Source: Anaeramoeba ignava BMAN
Lineage: Eukaryota; Protista; Anaeramoebae
Length of the DNA: 64,000 bases
NCBI GenBank assembly: GCA_028826165.1
Contig: JAPDFW010000070.1
Span: 1,054,001 to 1,118,000 of the forward strand
Reading direction: 5' to 3'
In this document: one piece after another, positions 26,401-40,300 of the stretch
Layout of the letters: each line of letters begins with the position of its first letter
Numbering within the stretch: the stretch's first letter is position 1
Made by a program: the position numbers and the translations under genes
The notes under the pieces: generated by a model
What the model saw: the letters and a program-made list of their open reading frames with translations, nothing else
What the model was told of the DNA's origin: nothing
Database searches by the model: none

Positions 26401-28855
26401 ATATATTTTTAATTTGGAAAATAAATTTGAAATTAATTAATTTTTTGGATTAATTTTTGGAAATAAAATTGATTAAATTTTTGATTAATAGTTGATTAAA
26501 ATAATTTTCTCAATTCATTTTTGATATTATTTTTTATTTTTATTTTAAAATTTACCTTTATTATTTTCAGTAATATTCCCTAAAGCTCCACATCCATTTT
26601 CTTGAATATTTTGGTTATTTGGGAAATTATTCATTGCTTTAATAATAGTTTCAATTCCTTTTAAATTTCGTATTTCAATTTTGTTTTCTATTTTTTATAT
26701 ATTTTTAATTTGGAAAATAAATTGAAATTGAAATGGATTAATTTTTTGATTAATAATTGATAATAAATAATTGAATAAAAATAGTTTTCTAAATGATTTA
26801 TTTATTTTTTAATTTTATTTACCTTTATTAGTAGCAATATTCCATAAAGCTCCACATCCATTTTTTTGAATATTTTGGTTATTTGGGAAATTATTCATTG
26901 ATTTAATAATAGTTTCAATTCCTTTTAAATTTCGTATTTCAATTTTGTTTTCTATTTTTTATATATTTTTAATTTGGAAAATAAATTTGAAATTAATTAA
27001 TTTTTTGGATTTATTTTTGGAAATAAAATTGAAATTATTAATTTTTGATTAATAGTTGATTAAAATAATTTTCTCAATTCATTTTTGATATTATTCATTT
27101 ATTTTTATTTTTAATTTATTTACCTTTATTATTAGCAGTAATATTCCCTAAAGCTCCACATCCATATTTTTGAATATTTTGATTATTTGGGAAATTATTC
27201 ATTGATTTAATAATAGGTTCAATTCCTTTTAAATTTCGTATTTCAATTTTGTTTTCTATTTTTTATATATTTTTAATTTGGAAAATAAATTGAAAATTGA
27301 AATTGATTAATTTTTTGATTAATAATTAATAATAAACAATTGATTCAATTATTTGAATTTATAATTTTATTTGTTTTTTAATTTTATTTACCATCATTAG
27401 CAGCAATATTCCATAAAGCTCCACATCCATTTTCTTGAATATTTTGATTATTTGGGAAATTATTCATTGATTTAATAATAGTTTCAATTCCTTTTAAATT
27501 TCGTATTTCAATTTGGTTTTCTATTTTTAATATATTTTAATTTGGGAAATAAAATTGAAATTAATTAATTTTTGGATTTATTTTTGGAAATAAAATTGAT
27601 TAAATTTTTGATTAATAATTTTATTTGTTTTTTATTTTATTTTTATTTACCATTATTAGCAGCAATATTCCATAAAGCTCCACATCCATTTTCTTGAATA
27701 TTTTGATTATTTGGGAAATTATTCATTGATTTAATAATAGGTTCAATTCCTTTTAAATTTCGTATTTCAATTTTGTTTTCTATTTTTTATATTTTTATTT
27801 TTGGGAATTAAAATTTTTGGAAATAAAATTGATTAAATTTTTGATTAAATTTTCTTAATTTATTTTTAATTTATTTACCTTGATTAAAAGATATATTATT
27901 TAAAGCCCAACATCCTTGTTCTTGAATATTTTGATTATTTGGGAAATTATTCATTGATTTAATAATAGTTTCAATTCCTTTTAAATTTCGTATTTCAATT
28001 TGGTTTTCTATTTTTATTTTTAATTTGGAAAATAAATTTGAAATTAATTAATTTTTGGATTTATTTTTGGAAATAAAATTGATTAAAAATTAATTAAATT
28101 AAAATATTTTTTTTATTTTTGATTTATTTTTAATTTATTTACCATTAATAGCAATATTACATAAAGCTCCACATCCATTTTCTTGAATATTTTGATTATT
28201 TGGGAAATTATTCATTGATTTAATAATAGTTTCAATTCCTTTTTAAATTTTAATTTCAATTTTGTTTTCTATTTTTTATTTTTAATTTGGAAAATAAAAT
28301 TGAAATTAATTAATTTTTGGATTTATTTTTGGAAATAAAATTGATTAAATTTTTGATTAATAATTTATTAAAATAATTTTCTCAATTCATTTTTGATATT
28401 ATTCATTTATTTTTATTTTTAATTTATTTACCTTTATTAGCAGCAATATTCAATAAAGCTCCACATCCATTTTTGAATATTTTGATTATTTGGGAAATTA
28501 TTCATTGATTTAATAATAGTTTCAATTCCTTTTAAATTTCGTATTTCAATTTTGTTTTCTATTTTTTATATATTTTTAATTTGGAAAATAAAATTGAAAT
28601 TAATTAATTTTTTGGATTTATTTTTGGAAATAAAATTGATTAAATTTTTGATTAATAGTTTATTAAAATAATTTTCTCAATTCATTTTTGATATTATTCA
28701 TTTATTTTTATTTTTAATTTATTTACCTTTATTAGCAGCAATATTCCATAAAGCTCCACATCCTTGATATTGAATATTTTGATTATTTGGAAAATTATTC
28801 ATTGATTTAATAATAGGTTCAATTCCTTTTAAATTTCGTATTTCAATTTTGTTTT
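23466..28855 (-). repeat. Tandem exon-intron array (~210-310 bp period) of armadillo-repeat exons
   Basis: Internal exons: 23719-23850, 23932-24060, 24230-24361, 24459-24589, 24725-24853, 24975-25106, 25222-25350, 25519-25647, 25783-25911, 26037-26168, 26264-26391, 26556-26687, 26823-26951, 27124-27255, 27392-27520, 27651-27779, 27879-28007, 28143-28268, 28432-28558, 28727-28855. Each is bounded by tag|AAAAC and G|gtaa. Consensus ENKIEIRNLKGIETIIKSMNNFPNNQNIQxxGCxALxNIxxNN. Confidence 0.93.
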
Positions 28856-31800
28856 CTATTTTTATATTTTTATTTTGGAAATTGAAAATAAAATTGAAAT
28901 TGAAATTGAAAATTGATTAAATTTTTGATTAATTTGAGTTGTAATAATAAATGATTTAGATTTATTTTGGATTAATAAAATTTAATAATAAATGATTTAG
29001 ATATATTTTGAATTAATTTTTCATAATAATTTGAAATGTAAAAAAAGTATGAAAATAAATGTTCTGTTGTTTTGTTTGTTTATAAATTTTTTTACTTGAA
29101 TTAAGAGCAATGTTAATTAAAATTGAAATAGATTTTTCTTGAATATTTTGATTATTTGGAAAATTATTGATTGTGTTAATAATAGTTTTAATTCCATTTA
29201 ATTTAGAAATTTCTATTCCTTTTGTTTCTCGATTTTCTTTTTCTTCTCCTTTTTGATTTTGATTTGATTTTGATTTTGATTTTGATTTTGATTTTGATTT
29301 TGATTTTGATTTTGATTTTGATTTTGATTTTTGATTTTGATTTTGATTTTGATTTTGATTTTGATTTTGATTTTGATTTTGATTTTGAATTTTAAAAAGA
29401 AATTTTTTAAATTTCCAAATAATTCATTATTTTTGATTTTGATTTTTGATTTGATTTTTGAATTGAATTGATTTTTTGATTTTTGATTTTTGATTAAAAT
29501 TTAAATTTTTTTAATTTGAAAATATTAATTTTCAGATGAATTAATTTAATTTTGAATTTATAAGAGGTTTAATTGCTTCGTATTTTTATTTCAATTTGAT
29601 TGAAATTTCAAATTTTTTTTTATTTTTGATTTTGATTATTCAAAAATTATTTCAAATAAAAATCAAATAAAATAAATAAAAAATAAATTTATATTTATTT
29701 TTTTCGAAAATTATTCATCATTTTTAATAAAGTTTCAATTCCTTTTAAAATTTCAATTTGGTTTTCTATTTTTTTATTTTTATTTTGGAAAATAAAAATT
29801 AATTAATAAATTTTTGATTAATAATTGATAATAAATAATTGATTAAAATAATTTTCTCAATTTCATTTATTTTAAATTTATTCATTGACCTTTTTATTAA
29901 TAACAATATTTAAAGCTCCACATCCTTGAAATTGAATATTTTTGATTATTTGGAAAATTATTCATTGTTTTTAATAATAGGTTTAATTCCTTTAAATTTC
30001 AATTTGGTTTTTATTTTTAATATTTTTATTTCAAAAAATAAATTTTCAAATAAAAATTAATAAATTTTTATTTTATTTACTTTTCATTTTCTTTTGCAAA
30101 TTGTTGTAAAATAAAACATCCATTTTCTTGAATAATATGATTATTTGGGAAATTATTCATACATTCAACAATAAAAAGAGCATCAATTTCAATTAATCCT
30201 TTTGTTTTTGTTTTGATTGATTTTTTTTTATTTGAAAGTTATTTTTGTTTAAAAATTTTTGTTTTTGAATTTTATTGAAGTTCTTGTAAAAATTTTTGTT
30301 TTTGATTTTGAATTTTTCATTTTGAATTTTTTTTTGAATATTTTGGTTTCTTGATCAATTTTTGGAATAAAATTCATTTTTCTTTTTCAATTTCATTTTA
30401 AATTCTTGAATTATTTTTCAATTTTATTTAAATCATTTTTATTTTCCATTTCTTCAATTTTTTTTTGAATTTTTTCTAAATATTTATTTTTTTTGAATTT
30501 AATCCCATTTTTTTGATTTTCATTTCCATTTTCAATTTTTTTTTGTTGAATAAATTGTTTAAATTCTGTAAATTCTTCTTTTTTTTTTTCAAATTCATTT
30601 TTAAATCGTTGAATTGTTTCTTCAAATGATTTTAACTCTTCTTCTGTTTTCGATTTGGGAAAATTTATTAATTCTTGATAATTTTTATCAATTTCTTCCA
30701 AATTTTTATTCTTTTTTTTTTTGAATTTATTTTGAATTTCTTGAATTTGTTTTTGAAAAATTTCTAAATCTTGTTTTCTATTTTGTTCAAATAATTTTTT
30801 CAAATCATTAATCATTTCCTTAAATTGTTGTAAATCTTCTTTTTTCATTTTTTCATTTTCATTTAGAATTAATTGTTGAATTTTTTCTTTAATTTCTTTT
30901 TTCCATTTTTCATATTCTCCTTGAATTTCTTGAATTTCATTTTTAATTTTTTCTAATTTTTCTTTTTCTTTTTGTTTTTCAAAATTTGATTTTTGGATTT
31001 TTCTTTGTTTAGAATCAAGTTGATTAATTTGAAATTTTGATTTTTGTTTTTCTTGTTCAAATTCTTCAATATTTGAATTTAATAAAACAATTTTATTTTG
31101 AATTTGGGAAATTGACTGATTTTCGATTTGTTGAATTTGAAATTGATTTATTGATTTTGTTTGTGAAATTTGATTTAATAAATTTGAAAAAGAATTTTCC
31201 ATTTCCATTTTTTCATTTTCATTTTGGTTTTCTTTAATTTCAAATTTAATTAATTTTATCAATTTTTTTTGATTATTTTGGTTCAATTTTTGTTCAATTT
31301 GTTGAATAATTTGAAATTGATTTGGAAGATTTTGATTTAAAGAAATTAATCCAATAAAATTGTAAATTTGATTTTGATTTTGATTTAAATATTTATCAAA
31401 ATTTGGATTTGAAATGATAAATTGAATATTTTGGAAAATAAATTTTTCACAATTTTGAGAAAGATTTTTTGAATTAATTTTTTGAGTTTTAAAATAAATT
31501 TCCAAAATATTTTCAATATTAAAAATTGATTGAATTTCAAGTTCAATTTTGAATTGAATTTCTTTTAATTTAATTTGATTTGCAAATTTAAAATATTCAT
31601 CAAATTTTTGTTTATCAAATTTAAATTTTCCATTATAAAAAAATTTAATAATTGGTTTAACAATTTCAGAACTAAAATTATTAAAATAAATTGAATTAAA
31701 TTTATTTTCTCTTCTATTTATCATAAAATATTTTGAACGAGCTTCTAAAATTGATTTATGACAAGGAATTAAAATTTTATCTTTTCCACAATAAATTTGA

Positions 31801-31986
31801 AAATCTGAAGTTTTTTTATTTCCAAACATTAAACCAATTTGTTTATTTGCTTGTTTTATTAAGAATTTATTGAATTTTTTAATTTGGATTTTGAATTTTT
31901 TGATTTTGATTTTGATTTTGATTTTGATTTTGATTTTGATTTTGATTTTGATTTTGATTTTGATTTGAATTTTGATTTGAATTCAT
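23466..31986 (-). CDS. BTB/BACK + coiled-coil + armadillo-repeat array protein, one ARM repeat per exon
   Basis: BTB (SDFQIYCG..IPCHKSILEARSKYF..IIKFFYNG) lies in ORF 30411..31829, with a probable ATG at 31986 (MNSNQN...; frame interrupted). Divergent ARM exons at about 30081-30200 and 29096-29248. Twenty internal exons lie between 23719 and 28855. Terminal exon 23593-23466 (...QKYGKLALEKLQNN*). Linkage between the BTB exon and the ARM exons crosses error-rich sequence and is inferred. Confidence 0.72.
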
Positions 31987-32309
31987 TTCTTTTCTTTTGT
32001 TTTGAAATAAAAATATTTTAATTAATAAATTATTAATTATTTTGATTATTTAAATGTTTTTAATAAATAATTTATGTTTAATTTATTATTTTTATATTTA
32101 ATTTTTGGTTTATTTTATTAAATAAAAAAAGGAAAAATAAATTTTTGCTTTCAATTTTTGATTAAATAAATTTTATTTTAATTAATAATTTATAAATATT
32201 TTGATTATTGGAATGTTTTTATTATTATTTTTATGTTTAATTAGATATTTTTATATTTAATTTTTTTAAAATATTTACTTAATTAAATTTAAAAAAGGAA
32301 AAAATGAAA

Positions 32310-34860
32310 AATAAAAATATAAAAATGAAAATTATTTTAATTTAATATTTAATTTATAAATTAATTTAAAAATATAATTTAATATTTAATTTTATTATTA
32401 AAATAATAATTTAATGTTTTAGATTTAAATATTTTATTATTTAAATATTTAACATATAAATATAAAAATGAGAATAGTTTAATTTAATATTTAATTTATA
32501 AATTAATTTAAAAATATAATTTAATATTTAATTCTATGTTTAAAATAATAATTTAATGTTTTTAGATTTTATTTTATTATTTAAATATTTAACATATAAA
32601 TATAAAAATAAGAATAGATTTAATTTAATATTTAATTTATAAATTAATTTTAAAAAATATAATTTAATTTTTATGTTTAAAATAATAATTTTATGTTTTA
32701 AATTTAAATATTTTAATATTTAATTTATAAATTAATTTAAAAATATAATTTAATATTTAATTTCATGTTTAAAATAATTTAATGTTTTAGATTTAAATAT
32801 TTTATTAAATATTTAACATATAAATATAAAAATAAGAATAGATTTAAATAAATATTTTTTTATAAATTAATTTAATATTTAAATTTATGTTTGATTTTAT
32901 GTTTAAAATAATAATTTAATGTTTTAAATTTAAATATTTTTTATTATTTAAATATTTAACATAAAAATATAAAAAAAAAGAATAAATTTAATTTAATATT
33001 TAATTTATAAATTAATTTAAAAATATAATTTAATATTTAATTTTATGTTTAAAAATTTAAATATTTTATTATTGAAATATTTAAACATATAAATATAAAA
33101 ATGAAAATAGATTTAATTTTTAATATCCAATTTATAAATTAAAAAGGAAAAATTTTAATATTTAATTTTTTATTTTAAAATAATAATTTAATGTTTTAAA
33201 TTTTAAATATTTTTATTATTTAAATATTTAATATATAAATTAAAAATGAAAATATATAATTAATTTAAAATAAATTAATTTAAAAAATATAATTTAAAAT
33301 TTGATTTTATGTTTTAAAATAATAATTTAATGTTTTTAGATTTAAATATTTTATTATCTTTAAATATTTAACATAAATATAAAAATGAAAATAGATTTAA
33401 TTTAATATTTAAATAATTTTATGTTTTAATTTTATGTTTAAAATAATAATTTATTTTTAGATTTAAATATTTTATTTAAATATTTAACATATAAAAATAA
33501 AAATGAAAATAGGTTTTTAATATTTAATTTATAAATTAAAATTAATAATTTTAATGTTTTAGATTTAAATATTTTTATTATTTAAATATTTAACATATAA
33601 ATATAAAAATGAAAATATAATTAATTTAATATTTAATTTATAAATTAATTTTAAAAATATAATTTAATATTTGATTTTATGTTTAAAAATAATAATTTAA
33701 TAAATATTTAACATAGTAAAAATAAGAATAAGTTTAATTTAATATTTAATTTATAAATTAATTTAAAAATATAAATTAATATTTGATTTTATGTTTAAAA
33801 TAATAATTTAATGTTTTTTAAATTTAAATAATATTTAAATATTTAACATATAAATATAAAAATGAAAAAAATAGAATTAATTTAATATCCAATTTATAAA
33901 TTAATTTTAAAAAAATATAATTTAATGTTTGATTTTATGTTTAAAATAATAATTTATTTTATTATTTAAATATTTAACATAAAAATATAAAAATGAGAAT
34001 AGATTTAATTTAATATTAAAATAATAATTTAATTTTAGATTTAAATATTTTATTATTTAAATATTTAACATAAATATAAAAATAAATTTAATTTAATATT
34101 TAATTTAAATTAATTTAAAAATATAATTTAATATTTAATTTTATGTTTAAAATATTAATTTAATGTTTTAAATTTAAATATTTTATTATTTAAATATTTA
34201 ACATATAAATATAAAAAAAATGAAAATATAATTAATTTAATATTTAATTTTATAAATTAATTTAAAAAATATAATTTAATATTTGATTTTATGTTTAAAA
34301 TAATAATTTTATTATTTAAATATTTAACATAAATATAAAAATAAGAATAAGTTTAATTTAATATTTAATTTATAAATTAATTTAAAAATATAATTTAATA
34401 TTTAATTTTTGTTAAAATAATTTATTGTTTTAGATTTAAATATTTTTATTATTTAAATATTTAACATAAATATAAAAATGGAAATAGATTTAATTTAATA
34501 TTTAATTTATAAATTAATTTAAAAATATAATTTAATATTTAATTTTATGTTTAAAATAATAATTTATTGTTTTAGATTTAAATATTTTATTATTTAAATA
34601 TTTAACATATAAATATAAAAAATAAGAATAAGTTTAATTTAATATTTAATTTATAAATTAATTTAAAAATATAATTTAATATTTAATTTTATGTTTAAAA
34701 TAATAATTTATTGTTTTAGATTTAAATATTTTATTATTTAAATATTTAACATATAAATATAAAAAATGGAAATAGATTTAATTTAATATTTAATTTATAA
34801 TTTAATTTAATATTTAAATTTATGTTATTTTATGTTTAATTTATTGTTTTAGATTCAAAA
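32310..34860. repeat. Tandem array of the same ~140-bp unit as 18298-20030, in reverse-complement orientation
   Basis: The unit AATTTATTGTTTTAGATTTAAATATTTTATTATTTAAATATTTAACATATAAATATAAAAAT... is the reverse complement of the 18.3-20.0 kb unit; copies are more degenerate. Confidence 0.9.
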
Positions 34861-34891
34861 ATAAAAATGAAAAAATATTGTTTTTGTTTTA

Positions 34892-37329
34892 TTAATTTTG
34901 ATTTTGATTGATTTTGAGTAATTCTTGAAGTGAATTATTAAGAAAAGTAAACTCAATTTTTCCTTTCATCAAAGAGGGAACTTGAATTAAATCCCAGCCT
35001 TTTGTACTTATTTGATTAAAATCAACAATAATCCTAAAAATTATCGAACTATCAATTTCAATTTCAACAACTTCTTCTGAATGATTTTTTTCTGCAAATT
35101 TTCGAAAATCTAAAAGACTTTGTGTTGGAATAACTTGTGGATCAAATCTTTATTTTTTTTTTAAATTAAATAATTTTAGTTTTAGTTTTTTTTTTGGAAA
35201 TTGATTTACTCATCAGGAATAAATTTAGAAAGTAATTCATGTATTTGAAAAAGATTAAGATCAGGACAAACTTCAGAACAACTATTTGGTTCTTTAATAA
35301 GAATCTTATTTAATGTAATGCAATCTGTTGCTTGTCTAATATGTCTAATTTCATTTCTATTTTATCAAAAAAAATAAATATAAATAGATAAATATTTATT
35401 TTTTTCATTTGAAGAAAAAAGAAATAATCACGTTATGCTTTTAAATCCATTTTTGAACATCCAATCTTCTAATTGAGATAATCCTAATTTGATTTGAAGA
35501 ACTTTTTTTTGTGTGCATAATCCGTCTCGATTAAGTAATTCATGGAATAATGTGCAATCAATAAAATATACAATTTGTTTAATAATGGATATTATCAATT
35601 CTTCTGGAAAATAATTTGTTTGTAGAATTTTTAATATTTTATGCAAATATTTAATTGTCGAGTTTGGTGTTTTGATTTTTTTTGATTTGGCTCTTATATT
35701 CTTCGTTCTGTTTGGTTCTTGTTGTTCAAGAAATCCGAGTAAAACTTTTGGCTTAAGTTTGTCAGTAATTTGGTGAATAACAAATAGAAATATTCGGTAA
35801 AAAATTGAGTATAATTCCTTGCTTAAAAATCCCATCAAATTATCTTCTTGGGATATATTGTTTAGAAACATTGAACTTATTGTTTTTATTGGTGCTTTTT
35901 TATTATGATTATGATTTTGATTTTGATTTTGGATTTCATTTGAATTTTGGTTTTCATCTTTTATAAATTCGTCTTTTTTTGTGAGAAGACTCATCATAAA
36001 TAAAATATTTGACATTATCCATATCATTTTAGGAACATTTTCTCTTTGGAATTCTACAAATAAATTAACAGATTCAATAAATGTTGTGAATATAATTTCA
36101 TTTCTTTTCGAATTTGAATCACTGAAACAATCATAATAAACGAGAAATTTAAAGAATAAGCAAGCTGGAAGAGGTTTTTTATCATTATAAATAACATCCA
36201 TAAAATAAACCATTCTTTCAATTAGTTGTTTTTCTTGATGAATTATTGTTTCAAGTTCAATTTTTTGTTTTAATTTATCAATTTTGATTTCTTGTTTTTC
36301 AAGGATATTAATTTGTTCTTTTAGCGTTTCAATTTGTCTTCGATTTGGTTTTTTATCTTGTTTAATTTTTTCATTTTCATTTTCATTTTCAATTTGATTT
36401 TGAATTTGATTTTGAATTTGATTTTTGGATTTTTCTTTGATTTTAGAATTATATTCGTCATATTGATCATATGCATCATTTGAACTCATTGATTCATCAA
36501 AAGAATCATCTTCTTTTTCGATAATTTGAGTTTTTTCTTTTTTGATTTGCGATAAATTTTCATTTTGATTCCGATTCTTCAAATTGAAATACAAAAATGA
36601 ATATAAATTAAAATATAGAATATAAAAATAGATACATTTGAAGTTAAAGAAGAATCATTCTTATTTTCTAATTCACTAATACTATATTCAGTATCTGTTG
36701 GTATTAAAGTCTTTTCTGAAAGTGAAGAATAATTTTCTTGACGGAAATCATTTTTCAAATAACTTCGATTTTTTTCAAATTCATTAATTTTTTTCTTGAC
36801 AAATTCATTATCAAGAAGTTTTGGGAAATTTTCAATTTTTAAATTTGGAATTAATCTCAAACAAATTAACAATTTAGGATTCATTTTATGTTTTTTTGGA
36901 TTTTTAATATTAACAAGATATTCTTTAATAGTAGGTTGATTTTCTGTAATTAATTTATTAATACTAATCACAACTTTTCCAATCAAAACAATTCCTTTTT
37001 GATTTTCTCGATCCTAAAAAAAGAAATTATTTATTAATTTTATTATTTGTTTTTGTTTAAAATTAAACCATTTTGATTGAAAGAAGAAGCGTTTTTTTAT
37101 CATATAAATCAGAATTCTTTTGTTTAAACATTTTCGTTTGTAATTTAAACTCTTCATTCCATTGCGCAACACCAAATTTATTAACAATAGATTTCTTTGT
37201 ATTTCCACTTTTTTTCCCCCTTTTCCATCTAATAGAAACAATTTGATTTTGTGCTGCTAAATCACTTATATAAATTATTGCAAATCCAAATATACTTTTA
37301 ACTACTTGTTTTCCACTGTGTTTAAACAT
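34892..37329 (-). CDS. NT-C2 (EEIG1/EHBP1-type) + Dilute (DIL) domain protein
   Basis: Five in-frame GT-AG exons: 37329-37069, 37013-36636, 36576-35432, 35356-35210, 35147-34892. N-terminal VSIRWKRGKK..AQWNEEF..YDKKTL; C-terminal QIVYFID..LFHELL..LC..QIKLGLSQLEDW..HIRQA..CPDLNLFQI..LLSKFIPDE. Confidence 0.85.
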
Positions 37330-37380
37330 TTATTAATTTAAAAAAAAAAATGAAAAAAATGAAAAAAAAAATTTTTTGAT

Positions 37381-40300
37381 TTAAATTAATTTTAATAATA
37401 AATCAATTATTGAATTTTCATTTAATTGATAATAATCTTTTAAATCTTCAAATTCTTCATTTATTTCTAAGTTACTTTCTTTTCTTTCATTATTAAATTC
37501 ATCATGATATAAAAAATAAATTAATTGTTTTATAGTTTCATTTGATTTTTTTGAATAATCATGAACTTTATTTGATGAATCTTGAACACTTAAAAACATT
37601 CCTTTAAATAATTCACTTCTTATAAATAATATTAATTTGTGAACTTTGATTTCTTCTTCATTTTCATTTTCATTTTTATTTAAAATTATTGTAAAATCTT
37701 TTTTGGAATCTTCTTCATATAATTTCTTTAAATCTTTTAAAATTCCTTTTCTTCCTTTTTTATTTTCAATCCATTCTGAATCAATTTCAATTTCTTTTAA
37801 AAATTCTCTTAATTTTTCTTCTTTTTCCATTTCTAAATTTGGTTTCTTTTTATTTTTCAAATTTCTATCTTTTTGATCATCATCATCATCATCATCACTT
37901 GAAGAACTTGTAGAACTTGTAGAACTTAGAGAAATTGAAAGGATTGAAAGAAGTGAAATTGTATCATTTTCACTTTCACTTTTGTGATCATTTTTATTTA
38001 AATTTTGATATAAATTTCCGAGTTGAATTTTATATTTTTTTTGGATTGAATTTGAATTTGAATTTGAGTTTTGAATTTGAATTTGATTTTGAATTTGATT
38101 TTCAAAATCAACAAATCCTGAATAAAGGAAATTTAGAGCAATTTCAACTTCTTCTTTTGATTTTTGTGAGCAAATTTTAATAAATTTTGATAAAATATTT
38201 TCATTATTATCAAATCTTGTTAATAAAATTAATTTATGAACATTAAATTCAAAATCATCTTTTGTTTTGATTTTAAAATCTGATAAATTTTCATTTGATT
38301 TTAATAAGTTATTAAAATCTTGATTAATTGAATGCACTTTTGAAAATGAATTTATAAATTCTTTTGATTTTTTAAGATTTGGTTTTAAATCTAAAAAATT
38401 AGCATCATTCATCAATAATAATTGAATTGCCTTTTCATTCTTATTTTGAATTGAAATTGAAAGAGGTGTTTTTTTGTAAATACTTTTGGCATTTACATCT
38501 GCTCCTTTTTCAATAAGGAGTTTCATATATTTGAGTGAGACTGGTTTTCTGGAAAAACAAATGAAATTCAATGGTGTTTGATTTTGATTTGTTTTGGCAT
38601 TAACATCAGCACCTGAATTAATTAAAAATTCAATCATTTCATATGTTTGTTTTTGGTGATTTTGACTTTGGCAAACTAGATGTAATGGTGTTTGATTTTG
38701 ATTTGTTTTGGCATTGATTCTTGCTCCTGAATTAATTAAAAATTTGATCATTTCATATGTTTGTTTTTGGCGATTTTGACTTTGACAAACTAGATGTAAT
38801 GGTGTTTGATTTCGATCTGTTTTGGCATTAACATCAGCACCGTTTGAAATGAAATTTTGAATAATTTCAACTGATTTCTCATTTTGATTCAAACAAGCAA
38901 AATGTAAAGGAGTTTCTTGGTAATTATTTTTTGCATTAACATCTGCTTTTTGTGAAATTAGGTATTTAATCACTTCAAGTGAATTTTGGATTGAATCTTT
39001 TGTTTGATGTTGAATTTGACAAGCAAAATGTAACGCTACTTCATTTTGTTTGGTTTTGGCATTAACATCTACTCCTTCTGAAATTAGCAGTTTGACAACT
39101 TCAATAGAGTTTTTATGTTTACAAGAATAGTGCAAAGGTGTTGATTTGTCATAAAGAGTTCTGACATTGGCATGCGCTCCTTTTGAAATTAAATATTTAA
39201 CAGCTTCATCATTAATCTGATGTCTACAAATAATATGTAAAGGAGTTTCGTGATGTTTCGTTTTGGCATTGACATCTGCATTATTTTCAACAAGATTTTT
39301 GATAATTTCAATGGAATTTTGTTGGCAGGCATAATGCAAAGGAGTTTGATTTGTGCTTTTTGTCTTGACATTGACATCTACTTTTCTCGAAACAAGAAAT
39401 TCAACAACTTCTTTTAATTTTTGATAACAAGCTAAATGTAATACTGTTTCATTTCTAACTGTTTTGGCATTTAATTTTGATTTTTTTGAAACGAAATATT
39501 TGATAATTTCAAGTAAATTTTCATTCTGATTTTCATTTCTACAAATAAAATGTAAAACTGTTTCTTTTTCTTTCGTTTTGGCATTGACATCTGCTTTATT
39601 TAAAACAAGAAATTTGATCATTTCAAATGTGTTTTGATTTATATTTTGATATTGACACACAAAATGCAAAGGTGTTTCTTTATATTTAGTTTTGGCATTG
39701 ATTTTTGCTCCTTTTTCAATTAAAAATTTGATAATTTCAAATGTATTTTGATTTTGGCTTTGACAAATTAAATGCAAAGGTGTTTGCTTTATATTTGTTT
39801 TGGCATTGATTCTTGCTCCTTTTTCAATTAAAAATTTGATAATTTCAAATGAATATTGATTTTGACTTTGACAAACAGCATGCAAAGGTGTTTCATAAGT
39901 ATTTATTATTTGAGATTTAACTTGTGCTCCTTTTTCAATTAAAAGTTTGATAATTTCAAATGAATATTGATTTTGACTTTGACAAACAGCATGCAAAGGT
40001 GTTTCTTCATTATGGCTTAATTTGACATTAACATCTGCTCCGTTAGAAACAAGAAATTTAATAATTTCAAATGGATATTTATTTTGAATTTCTTTTTCAT
40101 TTTCTTTATTTTCATTTTCTTTATTTTCATTTTCTTTTTCAATTTCACTTTCACTTTCACTTTCACTTTCTTTTTGAATTTTTCGTTTTAGACTTTGACA
40201 TATTAAATATAAAGGTGTTTCTTTTCTAAATCTTAATGTGGCATTGACATCTGCTCCTTTTTCAATTAAAAATTTAATAATTTCAAATAAATATTCATTT

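Noticed and set aside
23466-28855. CRISPR-like repeat/spacer array
   Set aside because: The repeats are ~130-nt coding exons with AG/GT boundaries, the spacers are related introns, the context is eukaryotic and no cas genes are present.
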